From positions 278,070,001 to 278,134,000 of the forward strand of contig OZ024742.1 of NCBI GenBank assembly GCA_964016885.1: a DNA stretch of 64,000 nucleotides, read 5' to 3'. The stretch is from Eledone cirrhosa (lineage: Eukaryota). The notes beneath the pieces are model-generated. The model was not told the DNA's origin. It saw only the letters and a program-made list of their open reading frames with translations, and did no database searches. The translations under genes were made by a program, and so were the position numbers. Positions 52,408 to 64,000 of the stretch are shown piece by piece. The first letter of the stretch is position 1. The number at the start of each line of letters is the position of its first letter.

Positions 52408-52527
<120 letters not shown>

Positions 52528-52531
52528 ATAA

Positions 52532-52617
52532 GGATAGGGAACAAAGATTCAGTGTTGCATCATAAGATATGTTATTAAATATGTTATGATGCAACATTGA
52601 ATTCTTGTTCCTTATCC
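52532..52617. repeat. Fold-back with ~39-bp arms
   Basis: ggatagggaacaaagattcagtgttgcatcataa / ttatgatgcaacattgaattcttgttccttatcc. Confidence 0.85.
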
Positions 52618-52703
52618 ATATAGTATTATACGCTGCACTACGCGAGTATCGAGTGCTCAACCAGCATACCGCCTGCGGACGCATTTTCCATGCAACCATA
52701 CAA

Positions 52704-52752
<49 letters not shown>

Positions 52753-53232
52753 AGGAAAAGAAATCGAGAATGCAACTGAAGCCATTTTAAGAATATTTAT
52801 TTGTTTCCTTTACCGCTTCTTATGTGTTTCAAAAATAGAGTGGAGAAGGCGGGTTTGTGGCATTTCATTTATCGACTCCAAAAGGATGAAAGACAAAGCT
52901 AACCTCGGTGGGATTTGACCTCAGAGCGTAGAGAAAACTACTACAGAACTTAATCTGATAGGCTAGTGGTTCTGCCGAATAGCACCTACATCCCATAGGC
53001 ATACACTCAAACACCCCAAAATTACTACTAGATTATTCATTATGATATTCCTTACACTCTTAAGCCTATCGGATAATAAACATATATTTCAGGACTCGGT
53101 ACAAATTACAACGATAACCTATCAAAATGGGGTTTAAAGAGAAAATCCACTATATTGATAATACGTAACTTAAAACTAAAACCGACCTATGTAGGTATGT
53201 ATGTATGTATGTATGCGTATACACACACACAC

Positions 53233-53279
<47 letters not shown>

Positions 53280-53280
53280 A

Positions 53281-53575
53281 AAAGATGAAATCGAAAATGC
53301 AACTGGAGTCTTATTTAAAAAAAATATATATATATTTATTTGGTTCCTTTACCGGTTTCGCAGTTCTTCTGCTTTTCAAAAGTAGAGTTGAGATGGAGGG
53401 TCTGTGGTTTTTCTCACATCTGGTTGGTCTCTGAATGTTACTTGTTTTATATAGAAAAAGTGGCTCGAAATGCCAGGTTTTTCGAGAAGTAATTTGATTG
53501 CTTGGTCAATAATTATAATAAATTTCGCGCCAGTTCGGGTTACAAAGTTCTTCAAACAAGGGGGAGGGTGTCACA
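53281..53575 (-). mobile_element. PLE terminal repeat with a U3-A8 hammerhead (53347-53382)
   Basis: CTT TTGAAAA GCAG aagaa CTGC GAAA CCGG TA AAG; related to 8385-8525, 52755-52860 and 59590-59960. Confidence 0.7.
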
Positions 53576-53579
53576 ACAT

Positions 53580-55447
53580 ATGACACCCCTGGGGGCTCAA
53601 GGGAATTTAATAACTCAACCGGATAATTAACGATATCGTCGGGGTCTGACGTCCGGTCGATAGATTTGAAGATGTGCTCTTTACCGGGAATCTTCTCAAT
53701 CAGCTGCTCATTAATAAAATTAACCATGGTATTTTTCGGAGCAAGGATAGCTCTTTCGCTGAGCCAATCGAGGTTTTTAAAGTTAGATGAGACATTAGGA
53801 AAAACTGCTTCAGAAGGGCTGTTCACAATGTTGCACAGGGAGTCGATTTCTATGCCACCCTTGTCATCCGCAGGGCCCTTGCCCTCACCAAGTGCTAAAA
53901 TGTTCTGAGCAAATGCTGCAGACATGTTGTTACCATGAAAATGAGCACGCATATTTGTGCTCAGGTACACACTCTTCACCTGGAGCCACAACATGGACGA
54001 TTTAAGGCAGGCACGAACTTCCTCAGCTCTTCTCCCTTTGGGGATGACAGGAAGCGTTTGCCGAAAATCCCCTGAAAGCAGAAGAGTTATGCCACCCATA
54101 GGAGCCATAGAATCCCTAATGTCTTTTAGGGTCGTATCCAATGTCTCAAGAGCACCCTTGTGTGCCATGGTGCACTCATCCCAAACATTGAGGCAACATT
54201 TTTTGAGAACCAGAGCTTCGTGTGAACTCTTGCTGATATTGCATGTTGGTGTCTCAGTTTTTACTAAATCCAGGGGGAGTTTAAAGGTTGAATGTGCTGT
54301 CCTGCCTCCCGGCAGCAAAGTAGCAGGTACCTATCACATATTTCTCCATCAACAGTTTTGAGGTCCTGAAAACTTTGTGGGCCTACAACTTCATGCAGAA
54401 GAAGGCGGAGATGAAAGCATTCATGCTGACTTGGGGGCACAGTGTAAACCCTTCCAAGACAGCTGTCCAATTTTAGACCAGGATGTCTTTCAACAGCCTG
54501 ACCTGACTTTCCTCGCACCCAAGTGTTTTTCGACCATATAAAGTAGGATGGAACCTGGGGTTACACAATTGTTTGCGCAAATGTATCAAACTGGCAAAGT
54601 TTGAAGAAACCCGTCAGAGTGGTCACTTTCGGATCAGCGGCCAACTTGGCGGCGGTTTGGTCCGTAAAGTAAACCCTCTGCCCATTTTCCCAATGTACCG
54701 CAAGCTGTACGATGGCGGGGTACCGTTGGTGTAGGGGTTAACCAAATAGGCGCCAAAAAGATTCATTGCTACAGATGTACCGCCCCGCCAGGTATTCTGT
54801 GACCTCGTCCCTGCTATTTTCAGCTTGAAATGCGAACATTGCGGCATCAGAGCCCTTAATTACATATTTGCATATGTAGTTTATCGACTTGACGGAGTTG
54901 CAACACTCAACGTTGATGAGGGCGTTCAACATCTTCAAGAGAAGCGGGCAGTAAGGGACCACCCATCTACTGTCGACTTGACCTCCCTTGTCGACCTGAC
55001 CGTTCTCGGGCCGTCTCCACTTGTACCCGTCGCCACCAGTCTGAGTCTGGTCAACAATTTTTTTTTGGTATCCCTTACTGCACCCCCCCCCCTCTTTCAG
55101 ACACGTGTGATGCTCATTAGGACCCGACGCACACGGACCATGTTAGCTTTGACGATGTCATGTAATTCCTGGTCAGTTGCTGGGTTAGGGATTTCTGCCG
55201 AAATGAAGCTGTCTATGGCATTTGAATTGATTTTATCAGCTAACCAAATCAAAATATGAGCATGTGGCAGCCCCCGTTTTTGCAATTCGACGGTGAACTT
55301 GTCACATTTTACAGCCCCAAATACCTGAACCTTTTTGATTAAAGCCATGAGTTTAGCCAGTTTCAGTCTGAACCCTCTGGCAATGAGATCATGTCTGTTG
55401 GAATAATTTTGGCCAGGAAAAAGTTCACGGGTTACATTCTGATTCAT
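53580..55447 (-). pseudogene. Helitron Rep/helicase (PIF1-like) remnant
   Basis: ELQKRGLPHAHIL (Rep), INVECCNSVKSINYICKYV.KG, GGRTAHSTFKLP, WDECTM, GDFRQTLPV, LSTNMR and AILAPKN; frameshifted and deleted. Confidence 0.92.
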
Positions 55448-55938
55448 ATGTCTATAGCATTAATATGTTATATGAAGTGTCATTTTGCGGGTTGTTATTT
55501 TCAATAAGCCGATTGAAAATGCCCCAGATAAGCCGTATATCAATACGGAACGCTCCACTGCAGTATTGTCATATAGGGAGTGAAGAGCGACAAAGAGAGT
55601 AAAGCAGTTAAATTATAGAGAGGGGGAATGACCATGATGGATTTGAATTTCTTTTGTTCCATGACTTTTTCCTGACCAAACGCTATAATTGTCCCGAGTT
55701 TGAATAGAATCCGTTGGAAATTGTGGACGTGAATCCATTACAAACCTTAACACACACATCCTCAGATTTATATATATAGATACAAAAAAAGTGAAAGGAA
55801 AAAAGAAAGAGAAAAAATACACAAGCAGGTATATACACACATCTTAGGCCAAAGAACAATGTGCAGGCGAAAGAGTGGTAAAAGAGCCGCTACCAGAGCA
55901 AAAGATATCAATATAGCGAGGAGGACTGGGAAACCTCT

Positions 55939-56103
55939 CTAATAATTATTGAGGCAGGTCAGCACGCTCGCAGCGTTACCTGGGGTGATGGCGAGGCTGA
56001 AGTGCTGGAACAACCAAGTGCCCTCACGAGCATCGCCAGTTACCTCTGTTTGGCGAGCCGCCAGTGAAGATAAGAATCTCGCTGTCAGTAGCCCGACTCC
56101 CCC
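55939..56103 (-). mobile_element. Second CRE-like C-terminal fragment
   Basis: GGVGLLTARFLSSLAARQTEVTGDAREGTWLFQHFSLAITPGNAASVL..* on the minus strand. Confidence 0.65.
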
Positions 56104-56174
56104 AAGCCAAAGCTATTGAGTGGTAATAGGACACTGTGTGTATGTGCGCGCGTGTGAGTTTGTCGGCGTTCTTA

Positions 56175-56480
56175 AATTAGAGACACGAGCTTCAGCATTC
56201 AGCAATCAGATGAAGGGGGTAAGTCTAAAAGCCAAACTCGCTGTCTTCCTAATATTCCTGCCAACTCTTACCGAGGATCATGAATCTTGAGTAATGACCA
56301 AAAGAATACAATTGTAAATAGAAGTGGCAGAAATGGGATTCCTCCGAAGGGTCTTTGGAGTAACGTTACTCGTAAAGTCCATAGCTCAGAGACCAGAGAG
56401 TCACTCCTGGTAGAGCCGCTACTTCTCCGAATTGAGAGATCACATCTCCGATATTATGAGCATCTGGTTAGAATGTCTCA
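56175..56480 (+). mobile_element. RTE-clade LINE fragment
   Basis: RESLLVEPLLLRIERSHLRYYEHLVRM matches the RTE C-terminal motif (..IERSQLRW.GHL.RM). Confidence 0.7.
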
Positions 56481-56494
56481 CTGGACACATAATA

Positions 56495-57245
56495 AATAAT
56501 TATTGTGGGTAGTGGTGGGTAAATTGATTATTATGGGTAACTTGTGTGTAAATTGATTATTGTGGGTAAAATAATTATTGTGGGTAAAAATGTAGGTAAA
56601 ATAATTATTGTGGGTAAAATGGTGGGTAAAATTATTATTGTGGGTAAAGTGGTGGGTAAAGTGATTGTTGTGGGGAAAGAGGTGGGTAAAATGATAATTG
56701 TGGGTAAAATAATTATTGTGGGTAAAATGGTAGGTAATATAATTATTGTGGGTCAAAACGGACCCACCCCAATCAAAACGGACCCACCCCAAAATGGACC
56801 CACCCCGATCAAAACGGATCCACCCCCAAATAAAAAACGGCTCCCCCAAATAAAAAAGGATCCCCCAAATAAAAAACGGACCCCCCCAAATAAAAAACGG
56901 ATCCCCCAAATAAAAAACGGACCCCCAAATAAAAAAACCGATCCCCCCTATTACAAAACGGACCCCCCCCGCCAATAAAAAAATGATTGTGGGTAAAATG
57001 GTGGTTAAAATAATTATTGTGGGTAGGGTATGTAAAATAATTATTGTGGGTAAAGTGGTGGGTAAAATAATTATTGTGGGTAAACCGGCGGGTATATGAT
57101 TATTGTGGGTAAAAGGTGGGTAAAATGATTATTGTGGGTAAGGGTGGGTAAAATGATTATTGTGGATAAAATGTGGATAAAATATTGGGTAAAATTTTGG
57201 GTAACATTATGATAGTGGGTAAAATGTAGGTAAAGTGGTGGGTGA
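56495..57245. repeat. Compound minisatellite: (attattgtgggtaaa..) arrays flanking ~20-21-bp (cccccaaataaaaaacgga) units at 56755-56980
   Basis: Directly visible periodicity, with the G-rich strand switching in the middle. Confidence 0.9.
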
Positions 57246-57649
57246 AATCAAGAAAGGGAGAAAGAAGGTAGGCGGTGCAGTAAAGGGGGTAGGGAAAGAA
57301 TGGGTTGGAAGAGGAGAAGTGGAAGAAGGGGAGGAAAAACATCAATGAGGGAAGGTTAAAGAAATAGGGAATTTGAGGTTAAAAAATGGGGAAAAGTAGG
57401 GAAGAGGGGTAAAGAGGGATACGAAGTGTGAAAGTGTGAGAAAGAGGCGGAAAAGGGTGTAATGAGGGAGAATCAACACCATGAGGTCAACTACAATACA
57501 ACGAGGTCACGTAAAGTGTTTCTTTCACAAGAAATTTGAAGCAAAAGATACCAAGTAACCATATAACTTCAATAGCTCATCATAATCAACCCCGGGTGAA
57601 ACTCTAGGACCAACCACCAATAAACACCCTGGTGGTCGGCAAACATGAT

Positions 57650-58420
57650 CAACTGTTCTGTATGTCTATGATCAGATCTCCAGTCAGATTCTTAATCGAT
57701 ACAGAAGTAGAAGTCAGTGTCATCTCGGTATCTGCAAACGACCTCCGTTATAGAGAGGGGAGTCAGTGGTAGCTGCCAATGATTCTACAATCAAAGCTTA
57801 CAGATACCGTACTCTCTCCCTCCACAGAGACTCACAGTAATATACATGGACATTCACCGTTGCTGATGACCATCAGCCTATCATTGGAGCAGACTTCCTT
57901 CGGGCTCACACGCTGCTGGTCGATAATCGGGGGAAACGACTCGTCAATAGCAGTAAGTATGCCTCTGTTTCTCTGGCAACATCTGCACGTGTGACTTTTC
58001 ACATATCAAACGTCTCTGAGACAGAGAAGTTCTCGGAATTCCTTTTGAGTTACCTGAAACTCATTATCATGACATCTCCTAATCCACAACTCACTACAGA
58101 GTAAAGAACTACATTCTAACCACCAGTTCTCCGGTACACAACCGTTATGTCGCCTACCACCAGACAAATTTTCTATTGTGAAGGTCAAATTTGACAATAT
58201 GGAAGCTTTGGGCATCGTTGATCGATCAAACCGTCCCTGGTCTTCACCTCTACACAAAGCGCCAAAACCCAATAGAGCTTGGCCGACCGAGCAGGGACCC
58301 CACCCTACTGTTACTCTATTTTGCATATACAATGCTTCTCGGTTCAGTTAGCAGCGTGTTCCATTTTCTCCAAAATCTACCTCAACCGAGGTTATCATCA
58401 ATTACCTGTACTAGATGATA
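57650..58420 (+). pseudogene. Ty3/Gypsy pol remnant (protease and RT N-terminus)
   Basis: LIDTEVEVSVI, PIIGADFL, FDNMEALGIVDRSNRPWSSPLH and FSKIYLNRGYHQLPV, in broken frames. Confidence 0.8.
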
Positions 58421-58646
58421 ACATGTAAATACAATTTAATACAAAAAGAAAAACGAAAATTTAGATTTAGAAGAAAGAATGGAATGTAAAATAAGAAAAT
58501 ATAAAAAAAAAACGGAAAAAGAAAGATGTGGCAAGGGCTCTAGTATATATAACTTCTTGTTGAGTCAAACAACGCCGTACGTTAAAACTGTCCTGACAGA
58601 GTACTTATAACCTCTAGTTGGATTACCTTATACGATACCTTGGTAT

Positions 58647-58694
<48 letters not shown>

Positions 58695-58699
<5 letters not shown>

Positions 58700-58950
58700 A
58701 TACTTGGGGAGGGTCATATTTGTGTAATATTGCCAGAATTAATAAGAGAACACACTCACTGTTTGGTTGGTTTTCGCTTTTCGCTTCTGTGTTATTCCAT
58801 TCATTTTTTCTGTTTAGCCTTGGCCTTCTAAGTTCTATTTCACTGGCCTCTCTGATTTGCCTATCTGCTGGGTCATTCCTATGTTTAGATATTATTCTAA
58901 TTTCTATGTTGTCTATGTTACCGTCGTGTTGTTGTCTGGCCTGTTTGTAT
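58695..58950 (-). mobile_element. PLE 3' remnant (GIY-YIG C-terminus)
   Basis: [37 protein letters not shown]; homologous to 6810-6960. Confidence 0.7.
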
Positions 58951-58964
58951 GTGTAATATATTTG

Positions 58965-59232
<268 letters not shown>

Positions 59233-59551
59233 AATATATTACACAGAGAGAGTGTGTAAAGAATTATTACATGTGAGTTTAACCGTTACTGTATGGAAAA
59301 CAATACCTACAGGTTAGCAATTAAATAGAAAGAACACTAGGTCAGAATCAAATCTCCCAGTTATAAATTACCAACCTTATAACTATAAGCTTGCTGCTAC
59401 GAATCTATTTCGTTTCGCCACTGAAATGTGTAGTCAGCAAGTGTGGATTGTTCGCTACACATCTAGCCTAATGGAAAGAGAGAACGCAAATATACACGCT
59501 GCCCAAAGCAGGGCGAAATCACGTGTTATTTGCATCAAATAACGGCTCTCA

Positions 59552-59590
<39 letters not shown>

Positions 59591-60086
59591 TAAACGGAAT
59601 AGAAAATTCTGACAAATTGTTCACAGTGAAAAATAGTTTAATTAGGAATAAGTGAGAATTAGTAATTGTATTGGTTAGTATTCAGTTTTGGTTTTAGGTT
59701 TTACCGGTTGCGTATTTCTAAATGCTTTTCAAAAATAATTTTGAGATAGAGCGTCCGTGATGTTTTCTCTGATCTGATTAGTTTTGGGAATTCTACCTGT
59801 TTTTATGTTAAAAAAGTGGCTCCAGCGGTATTAAAATAGATTTTGCGCCAATTCGTGTTGCAAAAATTCTTGTGGTCAAAACAATTTTGATTGGTCGGTA
59901 GAGGTCATGTGAATGTAAAAAATTGATTTTGCGCCAAGACTGAGAAATGATTCTTTCACAACAAATATGTGTGTGTGTGTGTGTTTGTGTGTGTAGTAGT
60001 AGTAAAGTGTTCGTTGTTGTGATAATGGTTAGCAGGGATATGTGTGCGAACCGCAGCCTGTTGACAGTTCAAATGCCCTATTAAGA

Positions 60087-60134
<48 letters not shown>

Positions 60135-60242
60135 GCAGAGTAATTCGTGGTAGAGGGATGGTCAGTAGGAATGTGTCTGTAAGTGAGTCAGGGATATTTT
60201 AACATGTTCAAAGATATTTTTCAGCTCTTGTCTTATACGGGG

Positions 60243-60304
<62 letters not shown>

Positions 60305-60528
60305 CTCGTTGTATGTTAATGTACGCGTGTGTATGTATGTGTGTACATATATGTGTGTGTGTGTGAGAATGTGTGTGTGTGGGGGGGGGGGGGGGGGGGG
60401 GCAGTATTTTCTTCCCTGGTAAAATGGTGTACATTATTCGATATTTTCAGTAAAATCGATTCTCTCAACAGAACATCAAAAACCTTAAATAAAAGGTATG
60501 AAATGATATTAACTACATATATATATAT

Positions 60529-60568
<40 letters not shown>

Positions 60569-60680
60569 TGTGTTGCACCATAGAACATGTGTGTTTACGT
60601 ATGTCATTGTGTTTATATGTGGGTAGAGATGTGTGCTGATGTAGGTATGTATGTTGACGTGTGTATGTTGTGGGTTCGTC

Positions 60681-62960
60681 TTAGGGAGAAGTGTTTAGAC
60701 GGGGTCCGTATTTATTAATAAAGTAAGATTGCTTGCTGATGCGCTGGGTGTGGGTGGCATTATCTTTAAATTTGTAGAGGGGAAAGATTCTGAAGTTGGG
60801 ATGATTTTGGGCGGCACAGGTATCAATGTGTACACTCAGTGGTATTTTCCTGTATTCCCGTATTTTAATTTGGGATCTATGGACAGTCATGCGTTGGTGG
60901 AGGCTGTTTTTGGTCTGGCCTATGTATTGTTCTCGACAACCTGAGCAAGTTAATACATATATTAGATTTTCCGATGCACATGTGAAATTGTGTTTTACTA
61001 TAAAACGTTGTCCTTCTTTGAAATAGAATTCCGAACCCTCTATTAGGTTGATGCAAATGCCACAGTTGGGTCTATCGCATTTCTTTTACTGTCGGTTCTG
61101 TTGTTGTGGTTGGCAGTACTTTGGCATGTGTTAGGATGTTTTTCATTGACTTAGATTGTCTTTTGCTCTTTATGATATCGTGTGTTCGTAGGATTTAGTT
61201 CATTCTATGGTCCTTTTTCAACACAGGGATGTTCTGGAGGATGGTGTCAAAGGCCTCATTGTTGAGGGGGTTGTGTGTAGAGATGTATGGAAGAGCTTTT
61301 AGTTTCGGTTGATTTACTTTAAGGTGTCTAAGGTCCGGGGTACTGAGTTTTAGGGCACGTTGGATTCCATTGTCAATTAGTGATACATGGTAGTCCCTGC
61401 CTATGTGTGTGTCCTTTAGTTCTTGTAGCCGTAAGTAGCAGGTGTTTTTATTGGAGATTATAGTACAGATTCTCTTGGCTAAGTTGTAGGGAATATTAAT
61501 TTTAACGTGTCTAGGGTGGCAAGAGTTGAAAGGAAGATATTGCTTGGAGTCTGTGGGCTTGTAGTATATATCTGTTTCTACTTTTTTGTTATGGATCTTA
61601 ATGAGGATGTCGAGGGAGGGGAGTTGTTGATGGCTGTATTCCATCGTGAAGTTAATATTCGTGTTGAGCCCGTTTATAAGGGTGTGAAATTCTTTAAGTT
61701 TCTCGATGTTTTCGTGCCAAAGGATGAAGCAGTCATCTAGATATTGCTTCCATTTCCTTTCTAATGTGTAAGTGGAGAGTGTTTCCAAATTTGTTTAGGA
61801 CTTTAGTGTAGAGGGTGATTTCCAGGTATCCCATGACTAGGTTGGCATAAGTGGGGGCTGTTTTCGTTCCCATAGGGGTCCCAGATTTCTGCCTGTAGGG
61901 TTTGTTATTGAAAACGAAGTAATTGTTCTCCAAGATAAATTTGAGTCCCTCTATCACGAATTCTTTTTTGATGCGTTGTGGGAGTTCCTTGTGGTAATTA
62001 TCCAGCCAAAATTGGATAGTTTCTATTCCTAGGTTGTGGGGGATGTTGGAGTATAGGTTGACTACATCGAACGTCACTAGTAGGGTTTGTTCAGAAAGTG
62101 GCATATTAGGGAGGTGATTGAGCATATCTAGGTCGTCCCTTATATAGCTTTTGATGTGTTTGAGAAAGGGCTTGACAAGGGTATCAATGAAGTTGCTAAG
62201 GCGGTGGGTTTCGCAAGCGAGGCCTGCTATTATAGGTCTTAATTTGAGATCATTGGGTGAGGGAACATTGATGACTATGTCTGTGGCTTCTTATTAATTC
62301 CTTACTTATTAATTCGCTTTTATGTGCTTTAGGGATACCGTAGAAAAGGCTGGATTTACTTGTGAAGTCTGTGATAAAGCTGAATTCCTTGTTAGTGAGT
62401 CCTTCTTTGTATTGGTTGATTAGAGTTTTTAGGTTTCTCATAATTTTCTGTTGATTGTAGTGTTCATCCTTTTCGCAGTATGTTTCGTTTTCCAAAGTGG
62501 AGAGCGCTAAGTTGATATAGAATTCTGTCTCCATTAGGACTACTGTACTCCCTTTATCAGCCTCTTTAATTTTAATGTTTCTGTCGGTTTTTAATCTATT
62601 TAATTCTTCCCATTCTTTCTTGTTGAGGTTTGGCTTGTGTTTTTGTCTGTGCAAGTGTTGGTAAGGGGAGTTTGTGATGTGTTCACAGAATTCATCCAGG
62701 ATTTTATTTCTACCTTTTAATGGGGTGTAATTGCTTCTATTTCTGGCGAATGATTCATCCTCATTGTACTGGTCGAATAGTTGTTCACTGAGTCGTAACT
62801 TTCTACAGAAGTCTGTGATGTCTTCCTTCATTTCATAGTAGTTAGGACGTAGTGGAGTCGGTGTGAATTTAAGACCTTTGGAGAGTAAGTTGATAAGGTT
62901 GGGTGTTGGTTCTGCACTAGTAAGATTGATAATTTTTATTACTATCGGTTTCTCCTCCCT
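60681..62960 (-). pseudogene. Penelope-like element ORF (RT plus C-terminal GIY-YIG), frameshifted
   Basis: LLSKGLKFTPTP, IKEADKG, LVTFDVVNLYSNIP, QKSGTPMG, YLDD, YYKPTD and SCHPRH; linker C..C..C; NLIYVLTCSGCREQYIGQT..QRMTVH. Probable terminal repeat at 59590-60170. Confidence 0.92.
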
Positions 62961-62986
62961 GTCTTGTGTTATTTTGTTTGCCTGTA

Positions 62987-63038
<52 letters not shown>

Positions 63039-63044
63039 TATGAG

Positions 63045-63283
63045 TGATTCGATTCCCGGCGAAGTGCACGACACTTCATTTTACGTTACTCCAGGTAACC
63101 CAGCTGGCAAATATAAGTTGTACCTGTAATTCGAATGGTCAGCTTGTCACGTTCTCCCAGAGAACTACATTAAGAGTACATGTGTCTGTGAAATGCTCAG
63201 ACACTTGCACGTTAATTTTACGAGCAGGCTGTTCCTTTGGTCGGATCAAGTGGAATACTCGTCGTAGTAACCGACAGAGTACC
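63045..63283 (+). mobile_element. 5'-truncated tRNA-derived SINE (second family)
   Basis: gattcgattcccgg B-box; body shared with 9483-9830 and 36960-37590. Confidence 0.55.
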
Positions 63284-63754
63284 TTCCATTCCATATATAT
63301 ATAGTTATACTTTGGGAGGGTCATGTTGCCAATAATAAATTCAGAAACGAAATATATATATATATATACATACATACATACAAGCGTGTCTGTGTTTGGA
63401 CGTCAGTTTAGATTACTTAAACGATTTTTATTTTTATAATCTGATTACATCTTTATATTTTCTCTCTTCGCGTCTTTATATTTTATCATACCTATATCCT
63501 TACATTCAGATTTTTATTACGATAATCTGTTCACTTCTTAATATGCTCTCTCTGCACCTCTCTATATCGTTATATTCTTATATTCTTTGCATTCTTACAT
63601 TCTTTTAATCATTTCACTTTTGATTTCGGTTTCTCTTATTTATTTAAATGCTGGGTTATTCGCTGTTCCATATTTTCTTGACAATTTTCTTAATTCTTTT
63701 CTTATGGTCTTTCTAGTACTACTTTGTTATCATCGCCCCCCCCCCCAGACACAC

Positions 63755-63804
<50 letters not shown>

Positions 63805-63967
63805 TGTGTATATATATACATATATATATAGACGTATATTTATCCATATTTATTCATGTATGTATATATATATATGTATATAAATGTATCTTTCCAACTC
63901 TATAATTGTCTATTTATTTATCTGTATATCTACCTACTTACCTACCTACCTACCCACCTGCCCACAC

Positions 63968-64000
<33 letters not shown>

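Overview
AT-rich, microsatellite-saturated eukaryotic DNA, very likely from an octopus or other coleoid cephalopod (inferred from the (TA)n/(CA)n/(GA)n load and SINE types; not checked against a database). No host gene can be firmly called, and most ORF-track entries are microsatellite artefacts. 11.9-29.2 kb is an (AAT)n landing pad. It holds an apparently intact two-ORF Tx1/L1-clade LINE (minus strand), a 4 x ~325-bp tandem block, four tandem R4/Dong-type RLE LINE copies (plus strand) and a second tiny Tx1 3' fragment. Elsewhere are decayed mariner, Chapaev3-like, Helitron, Gypsy, RTE, CRE-like and Penelope-like (PLE) elements, many tRNA-derived SINEs and one 200-N gap. The most striking signal not shown by the ORF track is a set of about 10 type-I hammerhead ribozyme (HHR) folds from at least six different sequence families. 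They lie in short (TA)n-flanked modules. Several have unusual cores (CUGAAUGA, U3-A8, A at position 4, U.U closing stem II), and three sit inside long fold-back palindromes. All folds were made by eye and none is tested.
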